Shown here in pieces: positions 1 to 7,466 of a stretch of DNA of 32,000 bases; the stretch's first letter is position 1, and each line of letters begins with the position of its first letter. A program made the position numbers and the translations under genes. The DNA is from Clostridia bacterium (GTDB lineage Bacteria; Bacillota; Clostridia; Lachnospirales; Lachnospiraceae): NCBI GenBank assembly GCA_003246295.1, contig QKAS01000057.1, positions 969 through 32,968 of the forward strand, given 5' to 3'. The notes beneath the pieces are model-generated. The model had not been told where the DNA came from. It was given only the letters and a program-made list of their open reading frames with translations, and ran no database searches.

Positions 1-162
1 TGGGTAAAAGAGCTTGCTAATATGACAGGTAATGCTGTAATTGGAGCTTTGGATCCGAATTCATCAGCTGAAATCACGTTCCAGATGCAGCATGGAAATT
101 CGTTCTCCGAGGCGAAGACATGCTCTTATAACATTATTTGGTCGTTTGCATTAGCAAATTAG
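1..162 (+). CDS. 3' end of an unidentified protein; the gene starts upstream of the window.
   Basis: Frame 1 is open from base 1 to TAG at 160-162 (WVKELANMTGNAVIGALDPNSSAEITFQMQHGNSFSEAKTCSYNIIWSFALAN*). No family was recognised. Confidence 0.4.
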   Translation, partial: WVKELANMTGNAVIGALDPNSSAEITFQMQHGNSFSEAKTCSYNIIWSFALAN

Positions 163-220
163 TGATTACGGCTTAAAGCGATTATTAGAAACAATAGTAA
201 GTTGTTTCGGTATAAAGGTT

Positions 221-254
221 CGTGCTTCTGGGAGAAAACACTTCCGGAAGCACG
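221..254 (+). terminator. Stem-loop, possibly a weak intrinsic terminator after the upstream gene.
   Basis: CGTGCTTCTGG (221-231) pairs with CCGGAAGCACG (244-254), 10 of 11 bp, with a 12-nt loop. Only a weak T-rich tail follows (ATAACTTATTT). Confidence 0.3.
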
Positions 255-283
255 ATAACTTATTTAAAGGAGGATTTTTGTAT

Positions 284-1288
284 ATGATGAATTACGAATT
301 GTTCAAAGAATTAGTGGCAGAGAACTTCATGTCCTACATGCCAACGGAGTACCATGGATTTAGCTTGGATGTACATCCTGTGACAAAAGTAAACCAAACA
401 CTGGACTCTTTAAATCTTATCCCAACAGACAACAGTGACTGGAAGGTATCACCGACCTTGTACATTAACCAAATGTACAAGCATTACCAGGAATGTGGTA
501 TTTTGCAGGAGGTTTTTCAAAGAGCAGCCGAGTCTATGGTGCAGGGACTCAAGCATGCGCCGGATCAAAGGACAGTAATGGATTTTGAAAATGCCAGAAG
601 CAATATTGTCATGGCACTGGTGAATACGGAGCAGAACATAGCACTCTTGGATTCTATCCCACACAGACAATATCAGGATTTATCGATTATTTACCGATGG
701 GTGATAGATCAGTCTCAGGATGGTATTTCAAGTACAATTGTTAATAACTCATTGGCACAGAAAGTCGGTATGAAGGAAGAAGATTTATACCAGCTTGCGG
801 TTGTGAATACGAAAGAGTTCTTCCCACCGACCGTGAAGTCCATGAATGAAGTGATCCGAGATATGTTTGCTAAGGATGGGATGCCTGAGGATATGTTTGA
901 AATGATGATAGATGAGATGCCGGATGACCGGGCAATGTATGTGATTTCAAATGAGAAGGGAATCAATGGTGCAGTTTCGATGCTGTATGAGAATGAGCTG
1001 CATCGTCTGGCAGAACGTTTAGGAACAGACCTGTATATTATGCCTTCGTCTGTGCATGAGGTCATCGCAGTTTCTTCGCACATGGGCGATCCGAATACTC
1101 TGGCTCAGATGGTCAATGAGATCAACATGGATCAGGTTGCACTGGAGGAGCGGTTATCCAATCAGGTTTACCATTATGATAAAGATTTAAGAAAGCTGAG
1201 TATGGCTACCGATACACCGAATAAACGGCTGGACGGAATTGTAGCAGATGCCCAGCTTAGTTACTCTTCGAAGGAACCTTCACGTTAG
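284..1288 (+). CDS. DUF5688-like conjugative-element protein of unknown function.
   Basis: Long ORF. AAAGGAGG at 266-273 precedes ATG 284; the track start at 278 is TTG. The C-terminal pattern INGAVSMLY...LAERLGTDLYIMPSSVHEVIAV...VNEINMDQVALEERLSNQVYHY resembles the DUF5688 family as I remember it. Confidence 0.7.
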   Translation: MMNYELFKELVAENFMSYMPTEYHGFSLDVHPVTKVNQTLDSLNLIPTDNSDWKVSPTLYINQMYKHYQECGILQEVFQRAAESMVQGLKHAPDQRTVMDFENARSNIVMALVNTEQNIALLDSIPHRQYQDLSIIYRWVIDQSQDGISSTIVNNSLAQKVGMKEEDLYQLAVVNTKEFFPPTVKSMNEVIRDMFAKDGMPEDMFEMMIDEMPDDRAMYVISNEKGINGAVSMLYENELHRLAERLGTDLYIMPSSVHEVIAVSSHMGDPNTLAQMVNEINMDQVALEERLSNQVYHYDKDLRKLSMATDTPNKRLDGIVADAQLSYSSKEPSR

Positions 1289-1300
1289 GAGGAACGAGTT

Positions 1301-1426
1301 ATGGATGCAGTAATAGAAATGAGCATAGATGGATTGATTGATTTTGTAAAGTCAGAAGAGAATGAATTCATCATTCATCTTCAACTGGAAACGGAGGGCG
1401 AGGGGAATGCCGAAGAAAGCATTTAA
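1301..1426 (+). CDS. Possible 41-aa acidic small protein (MDAVIEMSIDGLIDFVKSEENEFIIHLQLETEGEGNAEESI).
   Basis: AGGAGG at 1288-1293 lies 7 nt before ATG 1301, and the stop is TAA at 1424-1426. It overlaps the likely RadC start at 1407 by 20 nt. No family was recognised. Confidence 0.35.
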   Translation: MDAVIEMSIDGLIDFVKSEENEFIIHLQLETEGEGNAEESI

Positions 1427-1958
1427 GCTTGATGTGGTATCCATCCGTCTTGTGAAGGATGCCCCAATCTATTCTGACACAAAGATTGACTCACCAAACA
1501 CGGCAGTGCATCTGATAGGAGATATCCTTTGTGAAATGGACCGAGAGGTCGTTTGTCTTATTAATCTGAAATCAGATAATACTCCGATTAATTGTAGCTT
1601 TGTCAGTATGGGAGCAATTAATCAAGCGATTGTACATCCAAGGGAATTGTTTAAAACAGCTATTCTTTCCAATGCTGCTGGTATGCTTTTACTTCATTGC
1701 CACCCAAGTGGTAATCTTCAGCCGTCGAAAGAGGACATCCGGATTACGGACAGATTGATTCACATCTCAGAAATGATGGGCATAACATTTATCGACCATA
1801 TAATTGTCGGTGGAGATAATCATCAGTATTTTAGTATGAAGGAGAAGGGTTTGATAAGCAATCCGAGTATCTACTATGCTTCGGATTATCATGTTCTTGA
1901 TTTTGGTAATCCGGTAAAAGTTATGGAAGAGCGGGAAGCAAAGCATAAGGGAAGGTGA
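1407..1958 (+). CDS. radC: RadC-like JAB/MPN domain protein.
   Basis: The JAB metalloprotease signature HCHPSGNLQPSKEDIRITDRL (HxHPSG...S..D) is present. The likely start is ATG 1407 (MPKKAF...) after GGAGGGCGAGGGG; the track ORF begins at 1362. Confidence 0.8.
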   Translation: MPKKAFKLDVVSIRLVKDAPIYSDTKIDSPNTAVHLIGDILCEMDREVVCLINLKSDNTPINCSFVSMGAINQAIVHPRELFKTAILSNAAGMLLLHCHPSGNLQPSKEDIRITDRLIHISEMMGITFIDHIIVGGDNHQYFSMKEKGLISNPSIYYASDYHVLDFGNPVKVMEEREAKHKGR

Positions 1959-1962
1959 GAGA

Positions 1963-2937
1963 ATGCATTTTACAGAAGAAGAACTTGCAATTGCTAAGTC
2001 AGTCGATCTCTGCCAGGTTGCAGCGAGCTTGGGATATACTGTCAAGCGTGTGGGTAGATATCATACGCTGAAGGAAATGGATTCAATTCGTATTTATCAA
2101 AGAACACATTGGTTTCGTTGGAGTCGGAAGTATGATCGGGGGGAGAATGGTGGATCTCAGATTGATTTTCTAAAAGTGTTTGCTGGGTTGGAAGTAAAGG
2201 AAGCTGTTTTCTGGCTCCTTGATTTCGCAGGTTATCATGATCATGAGAAAGAGCATGACCTTAAGCATCAGGTTGTATGGAAGAAGGAGGAATCAAAGAA
2301 AGAGTTTATACTTCCGGAAGCATCACCAACTAATCACTATTTATATCGGTATCTCAACCATACCAGATGTATTAGCAAGGAAGTAATTGATTTCTTCGTA
2401 AATGCTGGTCTGATTTATGAATCGAAACAATATCACAATATCGTATTTAAAGGGAATGATAAGGATGGAATCACCCGATTCGCCAGTATGCGCGGAGTCT
2501 TTGATCGAGAGGGTAAAAGTTTCAAGTGTGATGTGGCTGGAAATGATAAGAATTATGGCTTCAATGTGATGAACAATAAAAGCACAACAGTAATAGTATT
2601 TGAAGCAGCGATTGACCTTATGAGTTTTATCGAAGCTTACAGGGGCTATGATTCCAATAAACTGGCATTGGGAATGCTCTCGGATGCACCGCTTGTAACA
2701 TTCTTAAAAGAGCATCCACAGGTTCGTACGATTCAGTTGTGCTTAGATAATGATGCTCCGGGAAGAGAGGCAACCCTTCTGCTCAGGCATAAGTATGAGG
2801 AATTGGGCTATCAAGTGATTGATAGTCCACCACCAGCTCTTTTCAAAGATTATAATGAGTGGTTGGTTTCTGAAAAAACAAAGCCAGTTGAGGAATATGC
2901 CGAACATATTATGGTCAAGAATGGTTTGACGAGATGA
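1963..2937 (+). CDS. Toprim domain protein of the DUF3991 / primase-like type.
   Basis: The toprim Glu sits in VIVFEAAIDLMSF and the DxD motif in QLCLDNDAPGREA. The N-terminus (LGYTVKRVGRYHTLKEMDSIRIY...W..WS....GGSQIDFL) is typical of the DUF3991/toprim proteins that accompany Firmicute relaxases. GGAAGGTGAGAG precedes ATG 1963. Confidence 0.75.
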   Translation: MHFTEEELAIAKSVDLCQVAASLGYTVKRVGRYHTLKEMDSIRIYQRTHWFRWSRKYDRGENGGSQIDFLKVFAGLEVKEAVFWLLDFAGYHDHEKEHDLKHQVVWKKEESKKEFILPEASPTNHYLYRYLNHTRCISKEVIDFFVNAGLIYESKQYHNIVFKGNDKDGITRFASMRGVFDREGKSFKCDVAGNDKNYGFNVMNNKSTTVIVFEAAIDLMSFIEAYRGYDSNKLALGMLSDAPLVTFLKEHPQVRTIQLCLDNDAPGREATLLLRHKYEELGYQVIDSPPPALFKDYNEWLVSEKTKPVEEYAEHIMVKNGLTR

Positions 2938-2973
2938 CGTGTAGAAATTTCACCTTGATTCCGACAGCAAATC

Positions 2974-3054
2974 ATGTCCACAGTATGGGGTCACTCGTAA
3001 AATTGTATGTCCACAGTTTGGGTTTGATATGAAAAAGAGTGTCCACTGTTTCGG
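2974..3054. repeat. Three direct repeats of about 16 bp (ATGTCCACAGTWTGGG), spaced 32-33 bp apart.
   Basis: ATGTCCACAGTATGGGG at 2974-2990, ATGTCCACAGTTTGGGT at 3007-3023, and GTGTCCACTGTTTCGG at 3039-3054. Confidence 0.85.
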
Positions 3055-3062
3055 ATTTCGCC

Positions 3063-3278
3063 ATGGTATGAAATCATCATACCATTCCGTCGATTTGGTA
3101 TGAAAAAGTGATACTATTTTGGCAAAATGGTATGAAAACGTCATACCATGAAATTGTACTAGGGGAAACGAAATTGAAATCGTGAGCTCAGATGGTATGA
3201 AAACGTCATACCATATTAAGAAAATGGTATGAAAATACAATACCATTATGGCAAAATGGTATGAAAACATCATACCAT
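3063..3278. repeat. Six copies of a 23-bp palindromic (hairpin-forming) repeat, ATGGTATGA-N5-TCATACCAT, in 32-bp register.
   Basis: Copies start at 3063, 3095 (degenerate), 3127, 3192, 3224 (right arm degenerate) and 3256. Spacings are 32, 32, 65, 32 and 32 bp. The region is non-coding and lies between the toprim gene and the mob genes. Confidence 0.9.
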
Positions 3279-3297
3279 TGCGCTAAAGACAGGGGTT

Positions 3298-3315
3298 TTA
3301 GGGGGTGACCCCTAA
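3298..3315 (+). other. Perfect 7-bp stem with a 4-nt loop: TTAGGGG-GTGA-CCCCTAA.
   Basis: Read directly from the sequence. It lies just downstream of the palindrome array and upstream of mobC and the relaxase gene, so it is a candidate oriT or nic-region hairpin. Confidence 0.5.
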
Positions 3316-3323
3316 CCAGTGGC

Positions 3324-3959
3324 ATGAGACGGCTCTCGTGCGTATCTGGCAAAGTCCTTCGGACTTTTCAGGGGGCATTCTCAAAGGTGGAAAGAAAAGA
3401 ACGGATAAGAAAGGGGGCTACAAAAGCGTTGGAGAATGACAGAAAATTAATAACAGAAGCAAGGCAGCTTATCGATTGGTTGGATGTGAATGACATACTT
3501 ATGAACCTTTCGGAGAAGGACATTACTCTTCTGATGAATTATATGGAAGGTCATGGATACCAGCTTGGAATTAATTCTGAGAGACTATTCAAAATCAGTA
3601 AAGATTCGTTGGCTGATCAGGCGGTAGCTATATCCATTGATGATATTATTGATTCTGTATGTGATTGGAATTATGAAATGATTCAACATGCTAAGGAGAA
3701 TCTGGAGCATGCAACCGGTATGGGTGAATATCTCCAAGCACAGGAGTATTACAATGGTGTAAGAGTAGATGAGGGTATCCTTGATAAGATGTTTGATCAG
3801 ACTTATTATGGCAAAGAAATCATTCGGTTGGCAGAAAGATTGGCTGGAGAAGCAATACAACAACTACAGAAAACAGGGAATATTGATAAGGTATCAATGA
3901 CTGTCGCTGATACGATCAAGGATTATGGTACGGAACAAGAAAAGGGTAAGGTGAGATAA
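3324..3959 (+). CDS. Hypothetical protein upstream of mobC; the start is uncertain (an in-frame GTG at 3387 or a later codon is more plausible than ATG 3324).
   Basis: The 211-codon ORF ends TAA at 3957-3959 and overlaps the mobC ATG by 1 nt. No family was recognised. The 5' 60 nt contains hairpins and has poor coding character. Confidence 0.55.
   Translation: MRRLSCVSGKVLRTFQGAFSKVERKERIRKGATKALENDRKLITEARQLIDWLDVNDILMNLSEKDITLLMNYMEGHGYQLGINSERLFKISKDSLADQAVAISIDDIIDSVCDWNYEMIQHAKENLEHATGMGEYLQAQEYYNGVRVDEGILDKMFDQTYYGKEIIRLAERLAGEAIQQLQKTGNIDKVSMTVADTIKDYGTEQEKGKVR
3351..3367 (+). other. Perfect 7-bp stem-loop: AAAGTCC-TTC-GGACTTT.
   Basis: Read directly from the sequence. It lies inside the first 15 codons of track ORF 3324-3959, which argues that the true start of that gene is further downstream. 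Confidence 0.5.
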
Positions 3960-4288
3960 TGGCTGACAGGATACACTGTGTGAAGAAGACGCTTCGACTA
4001 ATGCCGGGAGAAGCAAAGGAGTTAGCACAAAAGGCTGAAATGGCAGGTATGTGTGAGGCGGACTATCTTCGTTTTTTAATTTCACAGAAGCCGAATGACT
4101 ATCCTGAAATCCGAATACTCCTAAAGCAATTAACAAATGAAATAAACCGTATTGGTAACAATATCAACCAAGTGGTTTATAATAATAATTCGGAGCTATA
4201 CCGGAGGGAGGATAAGGAGAATCTGAATGCCTATATGAAAAAACTGAATCTGACCATGAAAGAGGTGGTGGAGCAGTTTGGCAATTAG
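3959..4288 (+). CDS. mobC: MobC-family relaxosome accessory protein.
   Basis: LRLMPGEAKELAQKAEMAGMCEADYLRFLI and INRIGNNINQ match the MobC (bacterial mobilisation protein) pattern. The gene is immediately upstream of the relaxase gene and overlaps it. Confidence 0.85.
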   Translation: MADRIHCVKKTLRLMPGEAKELAQKAEMAGMCEADYLRFLISQKPNDYPEIRILLKQLTNEINRIGNNINQVVYNNNSELYRREDKENLNAYMKKLNLTMKEVVEQFGN

Positions 4289-5807
4289 TAAGATTCTTTA
4301 TATTAAGGATTGTGGAAGCAGTCATAATGGGAAGCATTTACGACAAGCAATCAATTATATCATGGTAAAAGAAAAAACGGGAAATGGTAAATATGTGGGT
4401 GGATTGAACTGTCAACCGGAGTTCGCTTATGAACAGATGAAAAAGACCAAGGGAATATTCGGGAAGGTAGAGGGCAGGCAGGGATATCATCTGATTATTT
4501 CTTTTGAAGATGGAGAGGTTGATGCACCAACTGCTTTTGAGATCATTGGTCGATTTACAAATGAGTATCTGGCAAACGGATACGAAGCCGTTTATACGGT
4601 TCATGATAATACAGATCATATTCACGGTCATATCCTATACAATAGTGTAAATTTTATAACAGGCATGAAATATCGTTATGAAAAAGGTGATTGGGCGAGG
4701 GATATTCAGCCAATTACAAATCGGTTATGTCAAGAATATGGGTTATCTACCATAGAAATATCGGAGGACAGAGAAAAACCAGATCATAAATTTAAGGAAT
4801 GGAATGATTATCGAGACGGGTCATATGCATGGAGTAAAATGATTTGTAGAGATCTGGATGCCTGTATCTTACAGTCTCAGTCATTTGATACTTTTGTTGA
4901 ATTGTTGAGTGAGAAGGGGTATGAGGTCAAACAAGGCGGAAAGTATCTGGCAGTTAAACCGATGGGTATGATTCGATTTAAACGATGCAAAACCCTTGGA
5001 GAAGAGTACACGGAAGAAAGAATCAAGGAGAGGATTTTGACAGAAACCTTAACCTTAACCGTACCTCAGAACAAGAATATTGCGCCTCATATTATCCGGT
5101 GCAAGGTGAAGCGCTTGAAAAGAGCAAAGCTCACAAAACTTCAGAAAAGATACTATGCCAGGTTGTACCGAATTAGGAAACTAAAAAAGCGACCATATAG
5201 CCAGGTATGGAAATACCGGGATGAAATTCGTAAGATGCAGCAGATCCAAGAACGGTATCTGTTTCTATTGAATCATGAAATTATGAGTATAGAAGAATTG
5301 GTTGTCGTAGGTGACCGAATTGCTGAAGGTAGTAAGAAAATCTCTAAGGAGAAGAGCAGAACCTTCAAAGCTAGAGCCAAGTGCCAGTCACTCTTTGATA
5401 TTGCAGCAGAGATGGAGGAACTAAAGGATGCAGAAAGTAGCTTTGTACGAGGGGAGTTGTTCTTTCAGGCAGAGCATGAAAGGTATCATGAACTGGCTGA
5501 ACAGCTCCGAGTAGAAGGATATTGTTTCGAGGAAGTAATGGAGTTAAGAGAGAATTATCGAAATGAGATATCACAGGTAAAAGAGAAAGAAAAAGCAGCT
5601 GCAAAAGAGATATCAATCGTAAAGGCTATCATAAGAGAAACGATGGAAGAAAAGATACGTCAGCAAAAGCAATCCGTGATCAACGAGGAAATTCCAGAAA
5701 TTAAGATGAAACAGTCAGCAGAAACTGCACATTCAGACCTAACACATTTAGAATCAATAGAGAAGGCATTAGAAGAGCAAAAAGGTGAGCGACAGCCAAG
5801 AAGATAG
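4278..5807 (+). CDS. MobA/VirD2-family relaxase (MOBP-like) with a long coiled-coil C-terminus.
   Basis: The histidine triad is VHDNTDHIHGHILYNSVN. The N-terminus MAISKILYIKD...AINYI is typical of this family. The start is TTG 4278, after GAGGTGGTGGAG. Confidence 0.9.
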   Translation: MAISKILYIKDCGSSHNGKHLRQAINYIMVKEKTGNGKYVGGLNCQPEFAYEQMKKTKGIFGKVEGRQGYHLIISFEDGEVDAPTAFEIIGRFTNEYLANGYEAVYTVHDNTDHIHGHILYNSVNFITGMKYRYEKGDWARDIQPITNRLCQEYGLSTIEISEDREKPDHKFKEWNDYRDGSYAWSKMICRDLDACILQSQSFDTFVELLSEKGYEVKQGGKYLAVKPMGMIRFKRCKTLGEEYTEERIKERILTETLTLTVPQNKNIAPHIIRCKVKRLKRAKLTKLQKRYYARLYRIRKLKKRPYSQVWKYRDEIRKMQQIQERYLFLLNHEIMSIEELVVVGDRIAEGSKKISKEKSRTFKARAKCQSLFDIAAEMEELKDAESSFVRGELFFQAEHERYHELAEQLRVEGYCFEEVMELRENYRNEISQVKEKEKAAAKEISIVKAIIRETMEEKIRQQKQSVINEEIPEIKMKQSAETAHSDLTHLESIEKALEEQKGERQPRR

Positions 5808-5823
5808 GCTGTTATTTTTTTGT
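5792..5823 (+). terminator. Intrinsic terminator overlapping the relaxase stop codon.
   Basis: ACAGCC (5792-5797) pairs with GGCTGT (5807-5812) around a 9-nt loop, followed by TATTTTTTTT. Confidence 0.55.
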
Positions 5824-5906
5824 CCAGATTCAGTTTGGTAATGCTTTTAAAAACTATGCTTCATAGGGTAATGCAAAATTAATAAATGGAAGTGAGGAGG
5901 ATTTAT

Positions 5907-7058
5907 ATGCAAGAGCAAATGCAGATAAACAAAGTGGATATCGGTATTATGATAGGAGATCTGGAAAGAACAGGCAAATATAGTGACGACCAGATTCAAC
6001 TAATTAGGGAAGATTTACTCTATGGACTTAGCAAAGAGTCGATAGAAAGGTATACCCAGAAGAAATACGATCTTAAACAGATGCAGGTTTTCTCAAAGTG
6101 TTTGAGAAACAATTATCCGGAGGAGGTCATTGCTGCGATTACGGCAAACGGTCTTAGTTGGCAGCAGATGGAGGTTGCGTTGGAATTCTATGAGAAAGGA
6201 ATTTCGATTGAAACCATTTCGAAGGTAGCATCTGGAGATGTAACAGCTGCCAATATGAAAAGAACATATCAAAGGGTTCTGAATGAGATGGAAAAGTCAG
6301 TTAGTAATGGTGATGGTAATGAACCTTACGTGAAACAGCTTATGGAGCAGATTAATGCAGTTGTAGATAAGCTTGAGTTTCAGGAACAGCGTTATGATTC
6401 TTTGAATCAGAAGTTGAGGGGTATGGAGATAGCAAAGAAGAATTCTGAAGAGGAGATTAAGCTTCGAAAGGAATTAGAAGAAAAGGATGCACTGCTCATT
6501 GAGCAACAGAATAAGCAAAATAATCTGCATGCAACAGTAGCCAAGCTTCAAAATGATTGCGAGGTGCTGCGAAAGGAGAAGGGTGAGATGGAAAAGATAT
6601 TAAATGAAGTAAGAGGAAATAATCAGCAAAGAGAATTTGGCGATGCAAAGAAGGATGTCGTAGTGACAGGATCAGAAGCAGGTAGGAGGCTAGAACCGGT
6701 GGAACCCATGCCGTTATATTATGGAATGCCGATTGGCTATAGCTTGTGCGTGATGAATGGTAATACGGTTATCATACCAGTAGTACCAATTGAAAAAACA
6801 GTAAGAAAAACTTCTGGTTCCATTGGAATTTTCTCTAGGCTATTGCTTAAAAAGAAATCCAGACAGGATCTTGTCAAGCTGATCACCGAAAAGGAATTGA
6901 CACCGGGGCAGTTAATTCAAATCAAAAGTGCTATCGAAAAGGGATTAGATGAAGATCAGTTACAAGAACTGATTCAAAACAAGGTTTCTGCAGAACAGAT
7001 GGAAATTATTATTGAGATTGCGACAATGCAAAACAGCAGGGGGGAATTGAGAGGATGA
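5907..7058 (+). CDS. Hypothetical coiled-coil protein with related ~40-aa modules at its N- and C-termini.
   Basis: GAGGAGG at 5894-5900 precedes ATG 5907. The central segment (EFQEQRYDSLNQKLRGMEIAKKNSEEEIKLRKELEEKDALLIEQQNKQNNLHATVAKLQNDCEVLRKEKGEMEKI) is coiled-coil-like. Confidence 0.7.
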   Translation: MQEQMQINKVDIGIMIGDLERTGKYSDDQIQLIREDLLYGLSKESIERYTQKKYDLKQMQVFSKCLRNNYPEEVIAAITANGLSWQQMEVALEFYEKGISIETISKVASGDVTAANMKRTYQRVLNEMEKSVSNGDGNEPYVKQLMEQINAVVDKLEFQEQRYDSLNQKLRGMEIAKKNSEEEIKLRKELEEKDALLIEQQNKQNNLHATVAKLQNDCEVLRKEKGEMEKILNEVRGNNQQREFGDAKKDVVVTGSEAGRRLEPVEPMPLYYGMPIGYSLCVMNGNTVIIPVVPIEKTVRKTSGSIGIFSRLLLKKKSRQDLVKLITEKELTPGQLIQIKSAIEKGLDEDQLQELIQNKVSAEQMEIIIEIATMQNSRGELRG

Positions 7059-7450
7059 GTTTAAATGTTGTGAATGAAGCAGTAGTTGAGATGGATTCTA
7101 AGAAGCATTCTTTTGGTGAGATGGAAAGAAAGTTCATTCTGGAATTTGCTTTTAAATCACAGGATAAAGAGCTGACGAAGCAACTGATTATGGAATTGAT
7201 GAATCCTGATGTGGACAGTCATATGGTTATGAACCGCTTTGGAATATTACTGGATCAAAAGCCTGTATGGTTGACTCAGATTGAGAACCTTCTTGTAGCT
7301 CTTGAGATGTACCGCATCGAAGAGGAAAAGGCGATTAATCGTCTATCTGAAATTATGAGAGCTTATGATATCGATATTTCAGAGGATATGCTTCGCAATC
7401 AGCCGTTGGATGAGATTAAGGAGCATGTGAAAAAGGGAATCAGTTTATAA
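7055..7450 (+). CDS. Hypothetical protein, 131 aa.
   Basis: An ATGA overlap with the upstream stop (7055-7058) suggests translational coupling. No family was recognised. Confidence 0.6.
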   Translation: MSLNVVNEAVVEMDSKKHSFGEMERKFILEFAFKSQDKELTKQLIMELMNPDVDSHMVMNRFGILLDQKPVWLTQIENLLVALEMYRIEEEKAINRLSEIMRAYDIDISEDMLRNQPLDEIKEHVKKGISL

Positions 7451-7466
7451 GAAAGTAGGTGTAACT

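Noticed and set aside
449-1083. Antisense ORFs inside well-supported genes: 449-670, 715-1083, 1767-2045, 3585-3863, 3894-4136, 4338-4631, 5371-5616, 7856-8089, 9252-9461, 11102-11296, 11986-12216, 14279-14464, 16073-16708, 17028-17429, 17560-18072, 19535-19741, 20390-20590, 21383-21565, 22471-22698, 26310-26516, 29048-29398 and 31317-31768.
   Set aside because: All lie opposite long ORFs with clear family motifs. They lack SD sequences and have hydrophobic, low-complexity or Cys/Ser-rich compositions typical of antisense frames in AT-rich DNA.
2950-3273. A 107-aa minus-strand ORF that spans the repeat region.
   Set aside because: Its sequence is just the translated palindromic and direct repeats (recurring MTFSYHFAK, MMFSYHFAI and YDDFIPW-type strings). 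It has no SD and no protein-like features, so it is an artefact of the repeat array.
3063-3278. Could the regularly spaced 23-bp palindromic repeats be a CRISPR array?
   Set aside because: The intervening spacers are only about 9 bp (one is 42 bp), which is far below CRISPR spacer length. The repeats are partly degenerate and no cas genes are present. The location between primase-like and mob genes fits an oriT or iteron role better.
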